Position numbers and translations under genes: made by a program. A DNA stretch of 64,000 nt from NCBI GenBank assembly GCA_013265495.1, contig MU058824.1, forward strand, positions 2,321,111-2,385,110, written 5' to 3'. The notes under the pieces are model-generated. The model was not told the origin of the DNA, did not search any database, and saw only the letters and a list, made by a program, of their open reading frames with translations. Source of the stretch: Vicugna vicugna (Eukaryota). Positions 39,701 through 64,000 of this stretch are shown here, one piece after another (positions within the stretch are counted from its first letter, which is position 1; every line of letters begins with the position of its first letter).

Positions 39701-41098
39701 CTCTTTGCCCGATTTTTCTCCATATAGCACTTATCACCATATGATAAACTATATTTACTTGATTTTTTTTCTGCCTGTAAAAGGAAGTTTGCAACTTTAC
39801 ATTATCCACTGCTATATTGCCAGTAGTTAGAACTATGCCTGGCATGGTTAAAAATCTTGAATAAATTATTACATCTAGTCAAGCATATGAAAAGTCATGG
39901 CAGCCAGCGACTGATAAGAGCTGACAATAATCCAGAAATGCTCAGATGCATCTATTTCATTACAACAATAATAATTCATCCTATTTTAAAAGAGTCTTCT
40001 ATAGTATTTATCACCTTTTAGGCATCAACAGGTGATAAAATACACATCATCATGAGCATTAGTTACACGTGTTACCTCACTTAACCCTTACAAAACAAAG
40101 TCACGTATTGTTACTTCTACATTACAGACTAAGGTTTAAATAAGTGATATAACCTGGGCAAGATCACAAAGTAAATGGCAGAGTCTAGCTTTGAACTTAA
40201 GCCCTCTGATTCCAAAATTTGACCTCTTAACCACTACACTCTTTTCAAAGAATAAAACACTTAAATATTAATAACAGAATTACTCTAAGTTTTTCTTTTT
40301 CTTGTGTGTGTTCTTGACTGATTTTTGTAAATGTAAACATCTTTTCTTACTTTTAACAAAATTATTCTTGGTTTTTATGATGGCAACTCCATGGTCCCCA
40401 TGAACGCAACCATCCAAATGTAGATGGGAATCCTTGACTGAAATTTTTAAGGGCTCTCCAGTTAGTCTTCGGGCACTCCTTACACAAGCAAAATACGCTT
40501 ACGGCCAGTTCAATGTATCATAACAACCTATGAACATCTGTTTATTAGAGACCTTTCGGGTGTGGATAAAAAACCAATTTCTTTCCCCGCCGCTTGAAAG
40601 AGGGCAAAACAACGGAAGACCGGTGCAGGGGCAGAGCTCAGACTCTGATTCTGACCTCTTAACTTCCGAGAGCCCATTTTAGGTGCAGTCTGAGGGTCAA
40701 AACGAGACACTGGGACGAGTGGGTCCCCGTCACTGTCCCTAAGAGGCGGCAGCACAGACACAGGTGTACGTCCCTGCTCGGCGGTGCAAAGGGCCAAATC
40801 TTGAAGAGTCCTCAGAGACTCCACCAGGGGTCCACCAGGCCTCCCCTCGGCCGACGACTAAAAGAGGTAGGGCGGGGGAATGCAGGAGCTTCTCAGAGGT
40901 CGCCCAGCCACACTCCACTGTGCCACCCGCCTTTCCCCTGCGGCTCCCCGAACGCTCCCGGGCGGAAGCGCTTCCCGTCCCTTCGCTCGAGACCCGAAGA
41001 CCAAGGGAGCCAAACGTCGGCCTCACCTGGGCGCGGCCTCGCGGGCCGAACCCAGGGCACTCACCATCGTTCTCGTCGCTGTGCCGCCGCCGTGACAT
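6830..41098 (-). CDS. NCBP1: Nuclear cap-binding protein subunit 1 (CBP80), complete 23-exon CDS, 790 aa
   Basis: All 23 exons have GT..AG boundaries; lengths sum to 2373 nt with an intact frame from [11 protein letters not shown] to [11 protein letters not shown]. Confidence 0.98.
8188..8301 (-). CDS. NCBP1: NCBP1 exon 22
   Basis: [38 protein letters not shown]. Confidence 0.96.
8925..9053 (-). CDS. NCBP1: NCBP1 exon 21
   Basis: [43 protein letters not shown]. Confidence 0.96.
9402..10340. mobile_element. MER82/Tigger-family (TcMar) element retaining a transposase N-terminal fragment
   Basis: TA-cagttgatt start; MER82-like blocks (gaactcacggccaacagca, gcacatcatagccttc, aataatgaggat end); internal minus-strand [15 protein letters not shown] and LKAKEIY. 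Confidence 0.7.
11035..11252. mobile_element. MER3-like hAT-Charlie MITE
   Basis: ccactagctacac...tgagcacttgaaatgtgg...gtgactaaggaactgaattttaa; ctctaga/cctaga flanks. Confidence 0.7.
11943..12057 (-). CDS. NCBP1: NCBP1 exon 20
   Basis: [38 protein letters not shown]. Confidence 0.96.
12690..13710 (+). pseudogene. Decayed endogenous bornavirus-like nucleoprotein element (EBLN) in NCBP1 intron 19
   Basis: Colinear frameshifted blocks resembling bornavirus N, e.g. [29 protein letters not shown] (13108-13215), [11 protein letters not shown] (13286-13318), AFLNAS..YDFFPFL (13339-13407); by-eye comparison only. Confidence 0.72.
13747..13850 (-). CDS. NCBP1: NCBP1 exon 19
   Basis: [34 protein letters not shown]. 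Confidence 0.96.
14476..14586 (-). mobile_element. tRNA-Ala-derived SINE (camelid Vic-1-like)
   Basis: tRNA-like head with A/B boxes on - strand; TSD acagatttt at 14467-14475 and 14587-14595. Confidence 0.8.
14707..14800 (-). CDS. NCBP1: NCBP1 exon 18
   Basis: [31 protein letters not shown]. Confidence 0.96.
15630..15732 (-). CDS. NCBP1: NCBP1 exon 17
   Basis: [33 protein letters not shown]. Confidence 0.96.
16659..16781 (-). CDS. NCBP1: NCBP1 exon 16
   Basis: [40 protein letters not shown]. Confidence 0.96.
18095..18290 (+). mobile_element. MIR SINE
   Basis: agtggctgagagcagg...cctggatttgagtctgggctctac...gttgttttaaggattaagtga. Confidence 0.6.
19084..19187 (-). CDS. NCBP1: NCBP1 exon 15
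   Basis: [34 protein letters not shown]. Confidence 0.96.
19600..20870 (+). mobile_element. Old L1 (L1MC/L1MD-like) 3' region
   Basis: ccagatcttggttcctaaata, aagatgagcctggaacatc, atgacaactaaatgc, ttttggcaactttcctgaaatttgaaattatttcaa terminal pattern. Confidence 0.6.
21089..21163 (-). CDS. NCBP1: NCBP1 exon 14
   Basis: [24 protein letters not shown]. Confidence 0.96.
21395..21457 (-). CDS. NCBP1: NCBP1 exon 13
   Basis: [20 protein letters not shown]. Confidence 0.96.
22777..22841 (-). CDS. NCBP1: NCBP1 exon 12
   Basis: [21 protein letters not shown]. Confidence 0.96.
22842..23554 (-). other. NCBP1: U12-type (minor spliceosome) GT-AG intron, NCBP1 intron 11
   Basis: 5' splice site GTATCCTTT; branch-like TTCCTTATC at 22863-22855 (A at -16); no polypyrimidine tract between branch and AG. 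Confidence 0.9.
22930..23470 (-). mobile_element. Old L1M fragment inside the U12 intron
   Basis: ttcattcatgttgttgc...ctgagtagtattccattgtat...gatggatattt...gaatggctggattgtatggta. Confidence 0.7.
23555..23665 (-). CDS. NCBP1: NCBP1 exon 11
   Basis: [37 protein letters not shown]; followed by GTATCCTTT donor. Confidence 0.96.
24643..24737 (+). mobile_element. tRNA-Ala-derived SINE (Vic-1-like)
   Basis: agctcagtggtagagcacatgcttagtatgtatgaggtcctgagttcaatcctcagtacctc + A tail. Confidence 0.8.
24738..24809. repeat. Compound (TA)n/(CA)n microsatellite at SINE tail
   Basis: Directly visible. Confidence 0.9.
25178..25241 (-). CDS. NCBP1: NCBP1 exon 10
   Basis: [21 protein letters not shown]. Confidence 0.96.
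25984..26081 (-). CDS. NCBP1: NCBP1 exon 9
   Basis: [32 protein letters not shown]. Confidence 0.96.
27138..27346. mobile_element. MER20 hAT-Charlie MITE
   Basis: cagtggttttcaacagggggcaattttgcccc...gagacatttttgattgtcacaact...gctgctaagcatcctaca...gctgaggctgagaaa. Confidence 0.8.
27780..28015 (-). mobile_element. MIR SINE
   Basis: atagctaatattattgagcact...aatcctcattac...cttacccaaaattacacagcta...ggattaaaaccca. Confidence 0.7.
28228..28443 (-). CDS. NCBP1: NCBP1 exon 8
   Basis: [18 protein letters not shown]...[11 protein letters not shown]. Confidence 0.96.
28749..29122 (-). mobile_element. 5'-truncated lineage-specific L1 3' end with 15-bp TSD
   Basis: Poly(T) then aattgaagtgtagtcagttacaatg...gattccacatatgagtgatatc; TSD tttcaatgacattct at 28734-28748 and 29123-29137. 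Confidence 0.8.
29312..29381 (-). CDS. NCBP1: NCBP1 exon 7
   Basis: [23 protein letters not shown]. Confidence 0.96.
29440..29940 (+). mobile_element. Old L1ME-like fragment
   Basis: acccagcaatgccatttctaagaatt...aaagaaattatggtacat...gaatactgtacagctactaaaaa. Confidence 0.6.
30264..30385 (-). CDS. NCBP1: NCBP1 exon 6
   Basis: [40 protein letters not shown]. Confidence 0.96.
30739..30846 (-). CDS. NCBP1: NCBP1 exon 5
   Basis: [36 protein letters not shown]. Confidence 0.96.
30927..31192. mobile_element. MER58-like hAT-Charlie element
   Basis: aactatagcccaagggccaaatctagcccactgcctgttttt...ttttactggaacacagccac...gagtagttgtgacaga. Confidence 0.75.
31980..32810. mobile_element. L2 LINE fragments
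   Basis: gaaagaccactctgg, gagagaaatttaggagg, caggtttctag, ggtctggagctcaggaga motifs; similar L2 pieces at ~39.4-39.9, 42.0-42.7, 43.1-43.9, 52.4-52.8 and 53.2-53.9 kb. Confidence 0.6.
32946..33102 (-). CDS. NCBP1: NCBP1 exon 4
   Basis: [18 protein letters not shown]...NNYNEAVYL. Confidence 0.95.
33720..33890 (+). mobile_element. tRNA-Ala-derived SINE (Vic-1-like) with internal 13-bp tandem repeat
   Basis: ggctatagctaggtggc, agcatgcacg x3, gtcctgggttca, A-rich tail with C run. Confidence 0.75.
35079..35179 (-). CDS. NCBP1: NCBP1 exon 3
   Basis: [33 protein letters not shown]. Confidence 0.95.
35744..35832 (-). CDS. NCBP1: NCBP1 exon 2
   Basis: [29 protein letters not shown]. Confidence 0.96.
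37702..37922. mobile_element. MER20 hAT-Charlie MITE
   Basis: cagtgcttctcaaa...gacacttggcaatctccggagacattttcagttgtcac...ggcatccagtgggcagagaccagggat. Confidence 0.8.
41065..41098 (-). CDS. NCBP1: NCBP1 exon 1 (coding part)
   Basis: ATG at 41098; [11 protein letters not shown]; donor GTGAGT. Confidence 0.96.
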
Positions 41099-41569
41099 GC
41101 CGCACGCCGGCGCGCCGCCGAGCAGAGACGCCGGGCGGGAAGCAGAGCAGGAACCGTCGGTCCGCCGGCCGGCGCGAGGAAAGCCGCGAGGCGCGCGGAG
41201 CGGCCGGCGCGCAGGCGCACTCGCTCGCGACGGCTCCCGGAAGCGCTAGGGAGAGAGGCGGGCCGGGTGGACTCAGCGGGTTCGGATCCGGGAGAGCCAG
41301 TGCCTGGAAGCTTACCAGGCCGCGGGTGTCTGGTCTGCACGCAACTGCCCCCTCGAACTGCCTCAGCCTCTTCGCCGCTTCCTTCGACCGCCTTCGCTGG
41401 AAGTCCTTCCGGGCCACGCGGAGAGCACCGCCTCTTTAGTCGGCCAGAGCCGTGCCTGCAGGCCGGCGGTCAGGAAGGGACGCTCTAGTCCCCGCCTCCA
41501 CTTCAGACCCTCCCTCCGGGCCTCTCGGTGGTTTTCCCGGCGGCCCTTTTGCTAACGGCCTAGACTTCC

Positions 41570-41696
41570 GGAGCGACGTGAGGTCCTTACGTAAACATCA
41601 GGCCGGGGCTGGACGCTCCAGGCCAGTGAGCGGCAACAACTGCTAGGCGGAGACCGTCCTGTGAAGAAAGATCCAAGAAAGGATCGGGGCCGGCGG
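41570..41696 (+). other. TSTD2: Probable non-coding first exon of TSTD2 (start approximate)
   Basis: Donor-like GG|GTACGT at 41697 inside the CpG island; the ATG-bearing exon starts after an acceptor at 45043, so an upstream exon is required. Confidence 0.5.
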
Positions 41697-42749
41697 GTAC
41701 GTGGTCATCTTTCTCCCACTTTCGGGCCTTTGCCTGCTCGGGAAAGCTGGGCGGAGAGATTGGGTCAGGCCTGGCGCGGGGCCCGGGTGGGAGGCGCCGC
41801 CGCTCCAGTAGCTCTGGGAACCGAGACCCTCCCTAGCGTGAGCCTGCTCCTCCGGGGTTACCCTCTGGCCGTCTTTTGACCTCCCGTCCCTCTGAGTTGT
41901 TGTTTAGGAAGGGACGGGTGATTGTTCTAATTATGTTTTCAATGGTTTTTGGATACCTTTATACTATGTGAATATCCCCTGGCACTGACATCTCTGATGA
42001 ACACCACGTCTTATCGAACTGCCTTGTCCATGGTCATCTGAAATTTCACACGTCTGAAATGGAACTCTTGATTTACTCTGCTGTCCTAACTTATTCCTTA
42101 TTCAGTCATACCTATTTCAGTAAATGGCACCATCCATCCAATTGCTTAATCGAAAAACGTAGGTAGGAGTCATTCTTGGGTCCTTTTCTTTCGCTTCCTA
42201 CCTAACAATCTATTGGTAAACTGTACACTCTGACTTTCTTCCTGTACCGCTAGTTAAGTCAAGCTCGATCTCGCTTTAGAAATTTATACTATTTCCTTTG
42301 CTTAAGATCTCTGCTTCTAAGTCTGCTTGGATGGCTGCTTATCATTTAGGTCTCAGCTCAAACATCAGGCCCTTAGTGAAGCCTTCACTGGGCACCCAGT
42401 CACTTTTTTATTTAATTCCACAAATACTGTGTTTATTATGTGCCAGGCAGTGTTCTAGATGCTGAGGATGCAGAGGTGAACAAAGGAAAACCCCTGCTTT
42501 CTCAGTGCTGGTGACTCATTCAGGAATGGTCAAACAGTGCAGTCAGAGGTAGTGAGCAAATGGAGGAGTGGGAGAAGATGAGATGAAGGAGGTAATGGGA
42601 GGGGCTTTGTAATGAACTTGGACCTTATCCTAATATGATGAGAAGCCTTTGGAGGTTGATCTGACTTAATTTATTAATAGTTACCTCTCTGGCTCCTACA
42701 GGAGGAGGGCAGTTAGGCATTTGCAATAATTTAGTCAAGAAATAATGGT

Positions 42750-43090
42750 GGCTTACATGTCCATCCATAATGGATGGATAGACAAATTGTGGTATATCCA
42801 TACAGTAAAATACTGCTCAGCAATAAAAATGAATAAGCCTGCATCAGCATGGATGAATCTCAGAATAATTATGCTGAGTAAAAGAAGCCAGAGAAAAAAA
42901 GTTCACACTGTATTACTCCATTTGTGTAAATGTTTAAAAAATGCAAACATCTAGTAGGGAAGGGGGCGAGGAGAGATTACAGGGGGCACCAGATGCTTTT
43001 GGGAGTGATGGATATATTACTGTATTTGTGATGATGGTTTCATGGGTGTGTACATATGTGAAAACATAACAAATTGTACACTTAAAAGAA
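42750..43090 (+). mobile_element. Old L1MB/ME 3' fragment
   Basis: atggatagacaaattgtggtatatccatacagtaaaatactgctcagcaataaaaa...atggatgaatctcagaataattatgctgagt. Confidence 0.75.
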
Positions 43091-45058
43091 ACTGGTGGCT
43101 TGTACAGGGTTGGTAGTAAAGGTGATGCAGTGTGGTCTGTTGTGATTGTATTTCAAAAACAGAGTTGACAGGATTTTTAATAGTCTGAAAGAATAAGGAG
43201 AGAAGAATCTCAAAGTTTTCTGAGTAACAGGAAGAATGGAATCATTGTTTACTGAGGTAAGGAAGACTGAAGAAGAGCAAGTTAGAGTTGGGTTTTAATG
43301 GTTGCATTTGAACAGCCTATTAGCCCTCCAGCTGAAGCTCTCCCCGGGAGTTGCTTATGTGAACTTGGAGTTCAGAGGAATGGCCCAGCCTGGAGATATA
43401 AATTTGGAGTCATTTAGTGTATAGTGCTCTAAACATAAAAAGTCCTTTATTTATGATTATTTCCCTTTTTTATTTTTTCATGGAAGCTTCAAATATTTAC
43501 AGAAGTAGAGGAAATTATATAATGAACCCTTCTATGCTATATCAGCCAGCTTGAGCCATTACCAACTAATGGGCTACAATATAATATAGTTTCACGTATA
43601 TTATCTCCCCTTGCCCAACTATTCTAGTAAATATAGTTTGTAAGTCCTGGGGGCTAGATGAAGATCACCTCAAAGGTGATTGTAGATAGAGCAATTGAAC
43701 ACTTAAAGGCTGGGGTGATAAGGAGGATCCCCAGCAAAAGAAACAGAGAAGCAGCAGCTCTTATCACTGATACTTTCATTTCTTTTATTTGTTTATTTAT
43801 TTGGTGTCTCTTCTCTTAGAACATAAGCTTCAAGAGAACAAGGAGCTTATGTTTCATTAAGACCTGTATCCACAGCACTATTTTATCTGCCAGGCACATA
43901 ACAAAGTCTCCATACATAATAGTTAAGAATATATAAATAAAGTGAGCACTGAAAGAGGATTTAGAGTGAGGGGAGGTCATTTTGGGGGTGGTGTGAAAGG
44001 CATGTGTGGAGACCCCAAGCAGGGCTTGTCTGTAGAACTAAGTGAAGTCCACTGTGGCCAGAATAGTATATGTGAGGGAGTGTGTTGTCTTAGGTGAGCC
44101 TGGAATGGTAGGGAATTCTGTATGTGCTGAACCATGCCTGTTTCTTTCCATTCCTCACTACAGTCCTTCAAGGTAGAGACTGCCACCACGTTTTACAGAT
44201 CTAGGAATTAGAACTCAAAGAAATTAAATATCTTGTCTGGGTTCACATACTTGGACTCAGCTGCTCCACAATCCAAAGCTCAGGCTTTCCCCAGTCTTTA
44301 ATGTTCCTCTTCACATTTGTCACTTATAATATTTGCTTTACTAAAGAAAGAATGTAGTATATTGGTTGTACTGTGTCCATTTTGACAAGATTTGGCCACA
44401 GTAACAATTTGTATATTTCTGTATATTGTATATTGTATATTTCTTCTGGCTCATTAAAATAGGAGCTCTCTTGGTAGTTATTTCTTCTAAGGAAGGGAAT
44501 TTGCACAGCTCGAAAATTAGGGGACAAAAAAGAGCAAAGTGTTTATAATTGAAGGCACTAACACACAGCTTGGTTAATCTTGATTGTATGTAGTGCTTTT
44601 TTCGGTATCATTGCATGGTTTGCCCTCTAATTCAGGTTTCTTCTCAGATTCTTCTGCCTTTACCTACTGACTTTACCTTTGAGTTTTAAAGAGCCCCTCA
44701 GTCACTTTGACTCCTTACCTTGCGTATTTGTCTTAATAGCCCTTTTTACCATCTGACTTTTTTTTTTCAAGCAATTTATTCATTTGTTTACCTTCTGTCT
44801 CTCCCCACTGGAAAGTAAGTAGAGACTTTTTCCTGTTTCATTCACTTCTGTATCTCCTGTGTTTAGAACAGTGCCTGGCATAGGGTTGGTGCTAAAAAAA
44901 TATTTCTTGGATGAATGAGTAAATGAATGGATATCCTAGGCTACTGGGTCCATATTCATTTTGCAGGATTGATTAGCTTCCAGTTTACTTAAGTAGTAAT
45001 CAAAGACTTGGGCATTGTTGTTTTTCCCTTGCTTACTTCCTAGGAGATAGTTCACTGA

Positions 45059-62840
<17,782 letters not shown>

Positions 62841-63336
62841 GTGAGTGTCCCCATCAGCGTTTCCCCAGGCCTTCTCAGAGCTAGGTTTGGGATAGCCACC
62901 TACTGGAGAATAGCAGGGCTGCAGGAGCAGAGAAACAGAACTTTAGTGCTGCCAGTGCCACCATGGCCAGCTGGTCTCCATGCTGGCCACCTGTCCTTCA
63001 GAGGAGGAGGGAAAGGGGAGTTGGGTGCTGACCTCTTACCTGAGACTCAGAAGATGCTCGAGCACAGAAAAGGGAGCTGTGTGGGATCCCAGAGCTGCTG
63101 AGGGAGAGCGCCTTGAGCGTGGTAACCAGGTTGTGCCTTCTCCGTGCCAAGCAGCAGGGCTGGTGGGAGTCTTTTTTCTTTTTTCTCTTTTTTAATTAGC
63201 AAACCTGTCGGTTCTGATGGCAAAAATGTGAAAGCTGTGACCCTGGAAGTGGACTAACTCCTCAGAACCAGGTGACTTAGGTCAGTCCGTCACCCACCCG
63301 TACCCTCCTCTCTTCTCTGCCTGTCTCAGAGCACTA

Positions 63337-63812
63337 GGCCAGGACCTGCAGACTATGGCATTTGGCACAGCTCCTTTTGTAAATAAAAGTTTTATTGGAA
63401 GAGCCACACCCATTCATTTACACAAGACCTATGGCAGGATTAAGTATTCACACAAGAGGCGTTATGGCCTGCAAGGCCTGCAGTATTACAGGTATACCTC
63501 AGAGAGGATGTGGGTCCAATGCCAGACCACAGTGGTGAAGGGGAGTCACAGGAATTTTTCGGTTTCCTAGTGCATACAGAAGTTATGCATACATTTTACT
63601 GTAGCCTATTAAGTGTGCGGTAGCATTACATCTAAAAAAATGTACATAATCTAATTAAAATTTTTTATTGCTAAAAAATGCTACCATCTGACAAAGAAGG
63701 GTTGCAACAAACCTTCAATTTGTAAAAACTGCAGTATCTTCAAAGTGCAATAAAACAAGGTATGTCTGTATTCTCTGGCCCTTTACAGAAAAAACTTACT
63801 ACCTCTGGTCTA
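63337..63812. mobile_element. MER58A-like MITE split by a Tigger insertion
   Basis: ttttgtaaataaaagttttattggaa..gccacacccattcattta before, and ctggccctttacagaaaaa..ctctggtctaga after, the insert. Confidence 0.7.
63489..63768. mobile_element. Tigger1 internal-deletion derivative (non-autonomous)
   Basis: TA-flanked; ends caggtatacctc / aaggtatgtctg; both Tigger1 termini joined directly. Confidence 0.8.
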
Positions 63813-64000
63813 GATCAACAGCTCATCTGATGGAGGAGATAGTCTTAAAGATGTGGCCCCGCCTTCATTTTTGTTGATTTGGTTTCTGTGAGCAATTTCC
63901 CCATAGTAGCTTCTGCTTCAGCACCCACACTCAGGCTCTTAAGTGTTCTCTTTGAGAGAGTCACATTAGCTTGGTGACACTGACATTTGGATAGTAGCTT

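Larger units (their letters stand above)
40830..41890. promoter_or_regulatory. CpG island / bidirectional promoter shared by NCBP1 (-) and TSTD2 (+)
   Basis: Very GC- and CpG-rich; NRF1-like GCGCAGGCGCA 41209-41219; ETS/GABPA cores CCGGAAG 41237, CTTCCGG 41406, ACTTCCGG 41564; TTACGTAA 41587-41594. Confidence 0.88.

Noticed and set aside
40004..40043. Short inverted repeat tttatcacct / aggtgataaa; a similar imperfect palindrome lies at 59814-59855
   Set aside because: Too short and isolated to separate from chance or a MITE remnant.
40528..41879. Many overlapping 60-212 aa ORFs
   Set aside because: Expected from stop-codon scarcity in a CpG island; many start at non-ATG codons; only the 34-nt NCBP1 exon 1 is supported.
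63813..64000. TMOD1 3' UTR on the minus strand
   Set aside because: Expected only from recalled synteny; no TMOD1 coding sequence is in the window.

Overview
Mammalian genomic DNA, probably camelid (inferred from tRNA-Ala-derived Vic-1-like SINEs and a Tigger1 deletion derivative), covering the XPA-NCBP1-TSTD2 locus. It contains the last coding exon of XPA (+, 3268-3416), the complete 23-exon NCBP1/CBP80 gene (-, 41098-6830, 790 aa, with a U12-type intron 11), a CpG-island bidirectional promoter (~40.8-41.9 kb) and the complete TSTD2 coding region (+, 45092-62840, 511 aa). Introns hold the usual L1, L2, MIR, SINE and DNA-transposon fossils. The main unexpected element is ~1 kb of non-repeat sequence in NCBP1 intron 19 (~12690-13710). 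Translated across three + frames, it shows about seven colinear blocks resembling bornavirus nucleoprotein. It therefore looks like a decayed, near full-length endogenous bornavirus-like N element (EBLN) lying antisense inside a housekeeping gene. That alignment was made by eye against a remembered BoDV-1 N sequence and needs tBLASTn/HMM confirmation. Repeat family names and boundaries are also by-eye estimates.
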